From: an uncultured Planctomycetaceae bacterium
GTDB lineage: Bacteria > Planctomycetota > Planctomycetia > Pirellulales > PALSA-1355
Assembly (NCBI GenBank): GCA_963785305.1
Contig: CAWAUV010000008.1
Location: 736,001-800,000, forward strand
Reading direction: 5' to 3'
Length of the DNA: 64,000 nucleotides
Shown in pieces: positions 41,984-52,085 of this stretch; position 1 is the stretch's first letter; each line of letters begins with the position of its first letter. Below the pieces are notes generated by a model. It saw nothing but the letters and a program-made list of their open reading frames with translations. It made no database searches and was not told where the DNA came from. The position numbers and the translations under genes were made by a program.

Positions 41984-43795
41984 TCATGGCACAATAAATG
42001 ACTCGGGCAATTGCGGCCGGTAGACATGTTGGATTTGAGTATCTCCGGAAAACTGCATCACATGCGCGATTACGTCGGATTTTGAGACAACTCGCCCCAG
42101 GAAAACAAAGACGAATTTGGCGCCGTCGTAAATGACATTCGTGCCCTCCGAGCCCGGTGTTCCGTCGTTGCCAAGACCCCTGAACCAAACTTGATCGCCT
42201 CGCTGAAGTTTCGTTACATCAATGCCTTTATCGTTTTCGATCGATTTTGCAAAGTGCTCCATGAATGTTTTGCCGTCGTTCATGTTCAATGGGTTGCCGT
42301 CGGCGTCGTAGGTGTTGCCAACCACTCCGCCGTTCGCCTTCACCAAGTCGCGGATCCACTGGAGCCCCGCAGTATTTCCTGTCGCGTTGAAGAGGTCGAT
42401 GAATCCTTTCACGATGATGAGGTCCGCCAATTTCCGGCAATAAATCTCGTATTTCTCGGCATTGTTCCAAATATCTTCAATCGCGGAAATTGGATCGACA
42501 CCATCCTTGACTTTGAATTTTTCGTTCCCGTTTGAGCCACTTTCTTCCCAAAAATCGCCATTGCGTTTGTTTCCGATCCCGGCGACTTCGCTCTTGGCCG
42601 CCGCCGCAACGATGCTGTCGTTGAGCTTGGATAGGTCGTCCGCCAGCCAAGGCCATTGAATCGGCGCCGGCGCCGCCTCCACGCCGCCGCTCTGATTGTG
42701 AACCAGCACGGCCGGACCGCCGTTACTGGATGCGACGAAATACGTATGGCAGTCGGCCACATGTAGATTGTAAACAGGCGCTACCTCGCCTATATCTTCA
42801 GTGCGCTCGACCGGCGCCCAGACGCCGGTATTCGTCATCAACATGTCGCCCGGCGCAAGCTTCTTGCTCGCTATCCAACCCTTGTCCTTCACGTACCAAG
42901 GATGCTCATGCGTGACGCCTACGCTTCCTCCGCCGAAATACACATGCATGATCGGTCGAGGCGGGTGGTGAAAGACATTTTCAACCCGGCAGCGATGGTT
43001 CAATACCGGTTCGCCGTCAACGTTATCTGGGAGCGAAGCGATCTCCGCGTCGCCTAACGCGGTCCGAAGGATATCGCCAACGCGCAGGTGGCGACGTGCA
43101 ACCCATCGCCCCTCGACTGCGTCGGCGGGCGGCGGAGCATCAAAGCGAGGCGGGCGGGATTCGAGGTCCGGGCCGGAAATGACCCATATAAGGCGAACGT
43201 CGGCAACGGGCGCGATTAGTGGTAAGGTAAAAGCATCGTCGCTCAATTCGACGACAAATGAGCGCTCGCCATCCGCGCCGATCACGATGTCGTTCAAACA
43301 AAGGTCCCGACCTGACACCCAACGGCCCGTAGCGGGTCCCGGCGGCGTGACCGTCTGTTGCTGGACATCTGGGCGACTCCACAAGTCATTGCCCTCGACC
43401 ACCCAATAGACGAAAACGGGCGGCGGCAGGGTCGCCGCGTCGCGATCGGGTATAAACCGGCGGACACGGGGCGCTTCAGCCGGGTTCGGCGGAAGCGACA
43501 CGACCTCAAGTTGGCGGCAATCTCGGTCCAAAAGAACATCGCCTTCGCGGAGGTAAGATCGGGCTACCCATCGACCCCGATCGCTCGCTTTCGTGGGTGG
43601 AATGGCATTCAGATGCCTGCTAAATGAAACGGCCCGCGAAGTCAAAGCGTGCCCCGATTCAACCCAGAATAGCTGTTCAGTCGAGAGTATCGCCTTCTTT
43701 GAATTCAGCCGCGCTCGCCATTCTGCCGCACGAACATCCCGCTTTTTCGCCGTTGCGATCTTCTTACGAAGCTTCGCTTCACTTCTTGTCGCCAT
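41984..43795 (-). CDS. polymorphic-toxin-like protein: three Hint-like repeats + PT-HINT + Tgl-like C-terminal domain
   Basis: THEHPWYVKDKGWI..LAPGDML, VYNLHVADCHTYFV..VLVHN; C-terminal PISAIEDIWNN..Y..YC and GDQVWF..G.NVI. Confidence 0.8.
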   Translation of the reverse strand: MATRSEAKLRKKIATAKKRDVRAAEWRARLNSKKAILSTEQLFWVESGHALTSRAVSFSRHLNAIPPTKASDRGRWVARSYLREGDVLLDRDCRQLEVVSLPPNPAEAPRVRRFIPDRDAATLPPPVFVYWVVEGNDLWSRPDVQQQTVTPPGPATGRWVSGRDLCLNDIVIGADGERSFVVELSDDAFTLPLIAPVADVRLIWVISGPDLESRPPRFDAPPPADAVEGRWVARRHLRVGDILRTALGDAEIASLPDNVDGEPVLNHRCRVENVFHHPPRPIMHVYFGGGSVGVTHEHPWYVKDKGWIASKKLAPGDMLMTNTGVWAPVERTEDIGEVAPVYNLHVADCHTYFVASSNGGPAVLVHNQSGGVEAAPAPIQWPWLADDLSKLNDSIVAAAAKSEVAGIGNKRNGDFWEESGSNGNEKFKVKDGVDPISAIEDIWNNAEKYEIYCRKLADLIIVKGFIDLFNATGNTAGLQWIRDLVKANGGVVGNTYDADGNPLNMNDGKTFMEHFAKSIENDKGIDVTKLQRGDQVWFRGLGNDGTPGSEGTNVIYDGAKFVFVFLGRVVSKSDVIAHVMQFSGDTQIQHVYRPQLPESFIVP

Positions 43796-44086
43796 GAAAT
43801 TCCCCTTGTGGTCCAATTGTTTCGAGGGCGCGGTTCCGACAGGCATCTATCACGTTCCGAAGCCGAACATCAATCTTTTTTTGTGCGAGGCATCACCGAG
43901 TACGCGAAACCCGGCCAAAAGCAACCGCGTCGGGTGCGTTCGATCCAACCGGCCGACTGCGTGGCGCTATTCCCCTTTTCTCCCTCGCTCCAGGTTACGA
44001 TGAGCCAGAACGAATCCGGACCGTCATAGCCTGAAACGTTTATGAGGATCCCGAACGATTCTCGCTACGTATTCGACCTCGGGCTG

Positions 44087-44797
44087 TTACTTCTTTTTGC
44101 CGACCGGCACATCGCCGTAGGCATGCACTTTTTCGCAGATCAGCCGCAGCGAGCCTTCGAGATCGCCGCTCGCGGTCTTGAAAGCGTCGGCGTCGACCGT
44201 GAGCGGGGCGCCGAGCACAACCAGCGGAGCGCCGTATTCCGGAGTGCGAACCGCTTGTTCGAGCGTCAATCCGCCCACGGCTTGCACCGGCACGCTCACC
44301 GCCTCGACCACGGCCCGAAGCTGGTCGAGCGGGCTCGGCATACGCTGCCCCCGGGCGGCGATACCGCGACGTTCGTCGTAGCCAATATGGTGAATCACGA
44401 AGTCGCAGCCGAGGTCCTCGAGCCACTTGGCGCCGGCGACCATATCTTCGCATACCATGTTGTCGCCCATCACCTTGACGCCGAAATCGTGGCCGGCTTT
44501 CACCACGCAGCGAATCGTTTCTTCATGGGCCCGAGCCATGACCACCACATGCGTGGCGCCGGCCTTGGCCATCATCTCGGCTTCGAGGTAGCCGCCGTCC
44601 ATCGTCTTGAGATCGGCCACGATCGGCGTGTTCGGAAAGCGCTCTCGCAGGGCACGCACTCCGTGCATGCCCTCGGCGATAATCAGCGGAGTGCCGGCTT
44701 CGAGCCAGTCGACGCCGGCGCGCATCGCAATCGTCGCGGTTTCCAGGGCTTCGGCGGCGCTCGTCAAATCGAGCGAAATCTGCACGATCGGTTTCAT
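44087..44797 (-). CDS. 3-hexulose-6-phosphate synthase / OMP decarboxylase superfamily protein
   Basis: VQISLD, DWLEAGTPL, IVADLKTMDGG, HHIGYD. Confidence 0.88.
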   Translation of the reverse strand: MKPIVQISLDLTSAAEALETATIAMRAGVDWLEAGTPLIIAEGMHGVRALRERFPNTPIVADLKTMDGGYLEAEMMAKAGATHVVVMARAHEETIRCVVKAGHDFGVKVMGDNMVCEDMVAGAKWLEDLGCDFVIHHIGYDERRGIAARGQRMPSPLDQLRAVVEAVSVPVQAVGGLTLEQAVRTPEYGAPLVVLGAPLTVDADAFKTASGDLEGSLRLICEKVHAYGDVPVGKKK

Positions 44798-44846
44798 GGC
44801 GGGCTCTTCTCGGAGGGCGAATTCGGGGAGACGGGCTTCGATCCTT

Positions 44847-45749
44847 TTACCGGGACTTCGGCGGTTCCTCGGAGCGCGGCGTCAACACAAGCCGCACTCG
44901 CGTGCCCTTGGGAGGAATGTGTTCGGTAAACGCCTCGAACGAACGCTGCTCGTTGGCCTCGGAGCTCTCGACCGGCAGATCGAGCATCGCGTCGGGAAAA
45001 TTCGACACGCAAATAAAATCGCCATCGTCGGCGCGGTAATGCGGTTTGCCATCGCCGCCAATACCCATGCTGCTGCCGGCGAATACCCAGGTGGTTTCGA
45101 GCGGCTTTTGCGTGCGATTGTCGCGAATCCATTCTTGGGCCGCCTCGCGATGCACCACGCCTTTCTCGTCGGTCCAAATCAGCGTGATATCGATCGGTTC
45201 TCCGGTGGCCGCCACATAGTTCGGCTGCCACTGGGCCGGCTTGCCCGGCTTGGCGCCGATCGCCAGCAGGCCCGCATGCACGATATGCGCATCGACCTCG
45301 ACGGCGATAATCGATTCATGTTCCTTGGTGCCGCGCGGGCAGACGAACATTTCCAAAAATCCCTCGCGCAGGCAGACCGCGCCATCGAACACCACCCGAT
45401 TCTTCGCTTTGTCGAGCCAAACATTTTGCGTGGGAGAAAGTCGCGTCATGCCCGGCGGATCGGGCGCAATTTGTTTGGCGGCGCCAGGCGCCGTCGCCAA
45501 AGGAGTATTATTCGCCGCGGGCGAGTCGGGGCTCGGCTCGGCTGCCGGCGGAGAAACGGGCGTCGATGACGCGCCCGGCGCCGGTTCGTCGGCGGCGCGG
45601 GCCGGCAGCGAATGGGTCCAGGCGGTTGTTCCCAGCGCCAAGGCGCCGGCCAACAGCAGACGGGAAAACGAGAGTCGAGGCGTCGAGGTGCGCAAAAGGC
45701 CGGCGGACATAAGGTCGGCGGACATGGGGGTGAATCCTCCTTCGGCCAT
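44847..45749 (-). CDS. exported YdjY-domain protein
   Basis: Signal peptide; LEMFVCPRGTKEHES, VHAGLLAIGA.PG, WVFAGS, ICVSNF. Confidence 0.75.
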   Translation of the reverse strand: MAEGGFTPMSADLMSAGLLRTSTPRLSFSRLLLAGALALGTTAWTHSLPARAADEPAPGASSTPVSPPAAEPSPDSPAANNTPLATAPGAAKQIAPDPPGMTRLSPTQNVWLDKAKNRVVFDGAVCLREGFLEMFVCPRGTKEHESIIAVEVDAHIVHAGLLAIGAKPGKPAQWQPNYVAATGEPIDITLIWTDEKGVVHREAAQEWIRDNRTQKPLETTWVFAGSSMGIGGDGKPHYRADDGDFICVSNFPDAMLDLPVESSEANEQRSFEAFTEHIPPKGTRVRLVLTPRSEEPPKSR

Positions 45750-46013
45750 GAACGGTAAGCGGGGGGAGTGGCGCGATCCGATCGCGCCAGGCCCAGCGAT
45801 TGAGCTCCATCAACAATCGAGAGTGAGTTCCGAGGCCGCTCGCGCTCGCGCCTGTTCCAGTTCGTGGCCGATGGTTAAGATAGCCTTTTCGCGCGGCGAG
45901 GTCCAATGGCCCTTTCGCCGCGGGAACCCATTGCCCGGCGCGCGGCGTTTGCCCGCCAATCTCGGTTCGAGGGCGCTCCCGAGCGCCGACTCCTTCATAG
46001 GTGATTTGTCCGC

Positions 46014-48148
46014 ATGAGTCTCATGGAACAATCGGGCGCCACCAATGGCCATGCCGTCGCGCCGGCGTGGCGCGACACCGCCGCAATTCCCTGGAGCAGC
46101 GACGCGCCCCGGGCTCTCAGGACTCATTATCCGCGACCCGGCAACGCGGTCGGCTGGCAGCGCTGGCGCCGCCACTTGGCCAAGCGGCTGCAATCCGCGC
46201 GGCCCAAGCGACTGCTCTCCCAGCTCACGGCGGGCAAACATTCCCCGCTGCTTTGGGCTCTACCGGGCGAAGGGCAAGCCGCTTCGATCGCCGACGTGAT
46301 CGAGTCCCTTTGGCGACTCGACCGCCCGCGTTCCGCTCTGGCCAAGCGACAAAGCGGCGCCAGCCATCCAGACGGTCCGAATAAATCGACCGCGGCGAAA
46401 GCAAACGACGCGACCATGCTCGCCGAGCGGCTTGACCAGTGGTTCGAAGCCGCCGCCGCGCCGCCGAGCGTGTGGCATGCGCTCGAAGCCGTGGCCTGGG
46501 CCCGGGCGCTTCCACGGCTCGCCGAAGTGCTCGACGAAGCAACTTGGTGGCGGTTGTGGAACGCGCTCGCGCGGCTTGCAAGCGACGAAAACATGCTGTC
46601 CGGCGACAATCATCCCGCCGAGAGCGTCGCCGCCACGGCGATCGAGCCTCACTCCGAGTCGCCAGGAGCGTCGGCCGCCGGCGGCGAGTTTTCGGCCGCG
46701 GAAGAGTCGTGGCTCATCGGTGAGTTATTGGCCCGCGAACTGCCGCTCACGCTCGGCTTTCAATTGCCCGAGCTTTCGTCGGCCGCTGACTTCGCCCTCG
46801 CGGGCTGGCGCGGCGCGTCGATCGCTTACCGAAAACGTGCTCGGCGGTGGTTTTCTCCCCGGTCGTTTTCATGGGGCCACGCGGTTTTGGTTCGCCTCGG
46901 TCACCCGCTGCTGGACGATTGCTCGAGCCCTCGGCAAGCGAGTCGCGAAAGACCGGCCGAAGACAAAGCAGCCGGGTGTCGAGCCGGAGGCGCTTTTTGC
47001 CCGTCCAAAGCAATACGAGCGTTTGTTGACCACGCTGGCGAGGCTGTGCCGGCCCGACGGCAGCGCGATGCTCGGCGGCGGCGGCGACCGCTGGGATCGG
47101 TCGCTCTTCGCCACGGCTCGGCGACTCACTCGCGGCTCGCCCGCGGCCGAGGCGCTCCGCGAAGTCGATCCCGATAAATCTTCGCGAGGCAAAAAGGGCC
47201 ATGCGAAACGCGCGCATGGCAAGAGCCTATGCGAAGCATCAGGCCACGCCGAAACGGCCCAGTGCGCGCTGCTGCGTTCTGACTGGCGTCGCGATTCACC
47301 CCGGCTAGCGGTGCGATACGATGGCGGCCGCACGCGCATCGAGCTTTTCGCTTGCGGCGAGTCGCTGCTCGCTGGCGACTGGTCATTCGAACTAAAAGCG
47401 GCTGGCGAGCCGGTGGCCCAGAGCGCGACGGTTGACGAGAACTTGGCCGCGACCCAATGCGCGGCATGGGAAGAAATCTGCTGGGTATCGGATTCGGATG
47501 TCGACTATCTCGAGATCGAAGCCAAGCTTCCCGGCGGCGTGAAAGTGCAGCGTCAACTGCTGCTCGCCCGGAAAGATCGTTTTCTGCTCCTTGCCGATGG
47601 CGTGCTCGCGCCACCGTCCACGGGCGCCGAAGATCGCCTGGAAGAGGCCGCGGCGCCGGGAATCGAATATTCGGCCACGCTACGGCTCGCGGCGAATGTC
47701 GCGTTTGAGCCGGCCCGCGAATCCTGCGAGGGCACGCTGATCGGCAAGCGGGCCCGAGTGCGGCGTGCTGCCGCTGGCCCTGCCCGAGTGGCGAACCGCG
47801 TTTGCTCCGAATCGGCTCCTGGCGCGCGAGGGTGGTTTCGGGCTTCATCAGCGGGCAAGCGGGCAGCGACTATTTGCCCCACTGTTTTTCGATCTCGACC
47901 CCAAAGCCGCCGATCGCCCCTTCACCTGGAGGCGGCTCACCGTGGCCGAAGCGCTCGAGCCGCTCGACGACGACGTGGCCGTGGGCTATCGAGTGCGGAT
48001 CGGCAAGCGGCAATGGCTTATCTATCGTTCGCTCGCGCCTCGCGCGCCGCGGAGCGTGTTGGGGCAGCACCTGGCCAGCGAGTTCATGGCCGGCCGCTTT
48101 CGAACGAGCGGCGATGTCGACCGCATGGTGGAAGTAGAAACCGAGTGA
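46014..48148 (+). CDS. conserved hypothetical protein, heparinase II/III-like C-terminus (frameshifts ~46820, ~47760)
   Basis: Three consecutive protein-like frames; LLRSDW, WEEICWVSDSDVDYLEIE, FTWRRLTVAE, QWLIYRSL. Confidence 0.65.
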
Positions 48149-48170
48149 CGGCCTTCCTGCGCCGGCGACG

Positions 48171-48884
48171 ATGCATGCCCTTGAATCGGTAATTCATGAC
48201 AACGTGGCCCGAACGCGCGAGCGAATCGCGGCGGCGGCCGAGGCCGCGGGCCGCGACCCGGGCGAAGTGCGGCTTGTGGGCGTGACGAAATATGTCGACG
48301 AAGTCGCGACCCGCGCACTGTTCGAGGCCGGAGTGCGCGACTTGGCCGAAAGTCGGCCGCAGCAGTTGTGGGCCAAGGCCGCGGCGCTCGCCGAGGCCGA
48401 CATCGCTTGGCACTTGATCGGGCCTTTGCAACGCAATAAGATTCGCCGCACGGCGCCGCTGGTGTCGCTTGTGCATTCGTGCGACGACCTACGGCTCCTC
48501 GAGGCCCTGGCGGCCGAGGGCCAAACGCTGGGCCGGCCGATCGACGTGCTTCTGGAGGTGAACATTTCCGGCGAGGCGGCCAAACATGGCTTTGCGCCGG
48601 ACGAACTCCCGGCGGCTCTCCAGCGGGCGGCCGAACTACCGGGAGCGCGAGTGCGCGGGCTGATGGGCATGGCGTCGCTCGAGGGCGGGTCCGCCGCGGC
48701 CGAGCGCAATTTCAGGGCCCTGGCCGCGCTCCGCCGCCAATTGCAGCGTGCTTGTCCGGCCGGGGTGTCGCTCGACGAGCTCTCGATGGGCATGAGCGGC
48801 GACTACGAAATCGCCATTCGCCACGGCGCCACGATCGTGCGAATCGGCTCGGCCCTGTTCAGCGGCGTCGAGCGGCGGGACTGA
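48171..48884 (+). CDS. yggS: YggS family PLP-binding protein
   Basis: LVGVTKY, WHLIGPLQRNK, AKHGF, GLMGM, LSMGMSGDY, VRIGSALF. Confidence 0.93.
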   Translation: MHALESVIHDNVARTRERIAAAAEAAGRDPGEVRLVGVTKYVDEVATRALFEAGVRDLAESRPQQLWAKAAALAEADIAWHLIGPLQRNKIRRTAPLVSLVHSCDDLRLLEALAAEGQTLGRPIDVLLEVNISGEAAKHGFAPDELPAALQRAAELPGARVRGLMGMASLEGGSAAAERNFRALAALRRQLQRACPAGVSLDELSMGMSGDYEIAIRHGATIVRIGSALFSGVERRD

Positions 48885-48984
48885 CCATTATCCCCGCGAT
48901 AAGAACGAAACTTATTCAAGAATACGATTGAATGTCCATGTTGATGTCCAAATCCGCCCTCGGGCTTTAGGAGAATTCGCCATC

Positions 48985-49854
48985 ATGAGTCAAGGCATGT
49001 ACGAAGCCTATGAGCCCGGAATGGGCAGCTATCCCGGCCAGCAGCCGCGCTCGGGTATTCCAATGCGATTGATCCTGGCGGCGATCATGGTGATCGTGTC
49101 GCTGTTTACTTACTACAGCCGAAGCGTGCTCAACCCGATCACCGGCGTGCATCAGCATATCGATCTCTCGGTGCAGCAGGAAACGGCGCTGGGCCTACAA
49201 GCCGTGCCGGCCATGGAGCGCGAAAACGGCGGCGAAAGCCACGATCCGCAAAAGCTGGCCGTGGTCAACCGCGTCGGTCGACGGATCATCGAGCGCAGCG
49301 ACGCGGGCCAGACTCCCTACCACTTCGACTTTCATCTGCTCAACAATGAGCAGGTGGTCAATGCCTTTGCCCTGCCCGGCGGTCAGGTTTTCATGACGAC
49401 CGGGCTGCTCGACAAACTATCAAGCGAGGGCGAAGTGGCGGCGGTGCTCGGCCACGAAATCGGCCATGTGTGCGCGCGGCATGGCGCCGAGCAACTCGCC
49501 AAGCAGCGGCTCACTCAAGGCATGGCCGGCGCCGCGGTGATCGCCACCAGCGACCCGAACCACGGCGGCGGTCGCAACGCCGCCATCGCCATGGCGATCG
49601 CCCAACTCGTGAACCTCAAATTCAGCCGCAACGACGAGTTGCAAGCCGACCAACTTGGAGTGCGCTTCATGTCGGAAGCCGGCTACGACCCGCGCTCGAT
49701 GCTCGAAGTGATGAAAGTGCTGGAACAGGTGGGCGGCTCCGGCGGCTCGGAGTTCTTCGCGACCCACCCGAACCCACCCCGTCGCATGCACGATATCGAG
49801 CTCGCCATTCAACGCACTTTCCCAAACGGCGTGCCGGATAACTTGGAGAAATAA
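48985..49854 (+). CDS. M48 family metalloprotease
   Basis: VNAFALPGG, LGHEIGH (HExxH), SRNDELQAD, FFATHP. Confidence 0.92.
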   Translation: MSQGMYEAYEPGMGSYPGQQPRSGIPMRLILAAIMVIVSLFTYYSRSVLNPITGVHQHIDLSVQQETALGLQAVPAMERENGGESHDPQKLAVVNRVGRRIIERSDAGQTPYHFDFHLLNNEQVVNAFALPGGQVFMTTGLLDKLSSEGEVAAVLGHEIGHVCARHGAEQLAKQRLTQGMAGAAVIATSDPNHGGGRNAAIAMAIAQLVNLKFSRNDELQADQLGVRFMSEAGYDPRSMLEVMKVLEQVGGSGGSEFFATHPNPPRRMHDIELAIQRTFPNGVPDNLEK

Positions 49855-49968
49855 TGCCGCGGGAAATAGCGCGGCCACCGGCATCGGTGCGGAACATCCG
49901 CAAGCTATTTCGAGATCTTCCGTTTTCACGCGCATTACTCGACGAAAAAGCTCGTTTTGGGCAGCATG

Positions 49969-50034
49969 CCCTCGCTGCCGATTCGGGTTGTGATCGGATG
50001 GAATTTCCGTCCTAACCCGAAGTGTCAGCGAGGG
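49969..50034. repeat. inverted pair of REP-like units (AACCCGA..CAGCGAGGG family)
   Basis: CCCTCGCTGCCGATTCGGGTT and AACCCGAAGTGTCAGCGAGGG; a related unit lies at ~63955-63975. Confidence 0.6.
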
Positions 50035-50297
50035 ATTCCTTGATCCGCTCAGCACCCTACGTCTAGGCGCCGCTTGCACTTAACGACGGAAGACCCGTAT
50101 TTCGCACCCACGCATTGCGATATCCCGAAATCCCATTATTCCGATGGCTGATTGAAATGATCTCCCATCATTTTTATCTACCCAGAAAATGCAACGCAGA
50201 TTGCCCAGTCGTCCCAAATGATTTAGAATGAAACGCAGGCGAAATCTCTCCGGTTTTTGGCCATCGCCTGGCATTGGATTCGTTAAAGGGGGATGCG

Positions 50298-50907
50298 ATG
50301 AACACTTCGCGGGCATCATTTCGCGCTCTCGCGCATCCCGTGGCCCTGGCCCTCGGGTTCGTTTATGCCATGTCGTTCGCGGCGGCGCCGGCGCGGGCTC
50401 AGAACATGGGTGGCGGCTTGAATCTCAACGGGAATCCGATCGGCATCGGGCAAGCGATTCAAAACAGCATGGGCAGCTCGCAGTATCCCGGCATGCAAGG
50501 GGGGATGAGCCCGATGCAATTGCAGCAACTCATGATGCTGCGCGGCTTGCAAGGCATGGGCCATCATCATGGCGTGCAGTACGGCGCAGGGGTACGGCGC
50601 ACCGATGTTCATCAATGGCGGCCCGCCGATGATGGGGCCCATGTACGGGGGCTACGATAATCGCGCTCCGGCCGATTCCGGCAGCGCCCGCCAACGCTCG
50701 ACCAGCGAAAAGCGCAAAGCGTTGCGCCAGGCTCGCGAGCAGCAGAAAGCACTGGCTCGCGATCGCGCCGCTCAAGCCAAGGCCAAAGCCAAGCCCCCGG
50801 TGGCAAAGCACGATGCGCTCGGGGCCAAGCACGAGCCGAAAGCCAATCTCAAGGCCGAGCCAAAGGCCGACGCCAACGCTCAGCCGCCAGCCGGCCAACC
50901 CTTCTAA
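50298..50907 (+). CDS. secreted Gly/Met/Gln-rich low-complexity protein (frameshift ~50590)
   Basis: Signal peptide ending ARA-Q; M/G/Q-rich region then K/A-rich tail. Confidence 0.55.
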
Positions 50908-50954
50908 CAACCGCGCGCGCCGGTTAGCGCGGCATCGCGTCGCGCCCCATCGCG

Positions 50955-52037
50955 CTATTTCGGCTTCGCGCCGGGCACGGTCTTGCCTTTGAGTTGATAC
51001 ACATAGGCCAGCACCTCGGCCACCGTGGCGTAGAGCTGATCGGGAATCGGGCGATTCACGTCCACATCGCGGTAAAGCGCTTGAGCGAGCGGCTTCTTTT
51101 CCACGATCGGCACATCATGCTCCAGGGCCAAGCGGCGAATGCGCTGCGCCGATAGGCCCGCGCCCTTGGCCACCACGATCGGGGCCGCCATCGAGTCGGC
51201 GTCATATTGAATCGCCACCGCCAACTCGGTCGGATTCGTAATCACGACATCGGCCTTGGGCACCGCCGCCTGCAACCGGCTAATGGCGAGTTGTCGCTGC
51301 ACCGCCCGGCGGCGGGCGATCACTTGCGGGTCGCCATGCAAATTGCGCATTTCTTCCCGCATTTCCTGGGGTGACATGCGCAAATCTTTTTCGTGTTGCC
51401 ACCACTGAAACGCGTAGTCCAAGATCGCGAGCACCAGCAGCGCAATGGCGATCTTGATGCCGGTCCAGACACATACCTCGAAGGTAAATGCTCCGATCTC
51501 CGGCACGGCGAGTCCGGTGAGGCTCAACACGGTGTCGCGATGCTTATAAAGCGCGAAGCCCGCCACCGCCAAGACCACCACCATCTTCAGCAAGCCGAAT
51601 AGCAGTCTCGCGCCGCTGCGGAGCGAAAACAACCGAGCAAAGCCGGCCAAGGGATCGATCCGCGAAAAATCAGGCACGACCTTTTCCGGCAGGAACACGA
51701 AGCCGTTTTGCAATAGATGCAATCCAACCGCCACGACGAGCACCGTGATCATGAGCGGCAGAATCGCCGGCGCTAGGCTCGACACAAGCTGCGAGAAGTG
51801 GTCGGCGAAGGCTTGCGGGTCCATCCTGAGCCAGGGTTTTCCGCCTAGTTGATCGACCAAGAGCTGGCCGAGGAATTCGAGCAGCCCGGCGCCGGCGAAG
51901 AGAATCGCCAGGAGCCCGGTGAGCAGGAGCGTGGCCGAGTTCAGGTCGTGGCTCTGAACGAAGCGGCCTTCTTCTTGCGCCTGTTGGCGATGGTGCGGCG
52001 TCGCTTCCTGTGTTTTCTCGCCGCCCTCTTCCGCCAT
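50955..52037 (-). CDS. flhB: flagellar export protein FlhB
   Basis: EKTQEAT, LRMSPQEMREE..GDP, ITNPTELAVA, IVVAKG. Confidence 0.95.
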   Translation of the reverse strand: MAEEGGEKTQEATPHHRQQAQEEGRFVQSHDLNSATLLLTGLLAILFAGAGLLEFLGQLLVDQLGGKPWLRMDPQAFADHFSQLVSSLAPAILPLMITVLVVAVGLHLLQNGFVFLPEKVVPDFSRIDPLAGFARLFSLRSGARLLFGLLKMVVVLAVAGFALYKHRDTVLSLTGLAVPEIGAFTFEVCVWTGIKIAIALLVLAILDYAFQWWQHEKDLRMSPQEMREEMRNLHGDPQVIARRRAVQRQLAISRLQAAVPKADVVITNPTELAVAIQYDADSMAAPIVVAKGAGLSAQRIRRLALEHDVPIVEKKPLAQALYRDVDVNRPIPDQLYATVAEVLAYVYQLKGKTVPGAKPK

Positions 52038-52085
52038 GCCGCTACCTCGAAGCTATGCGGCGCGCCATGAATCGCGCCGCCAGGG

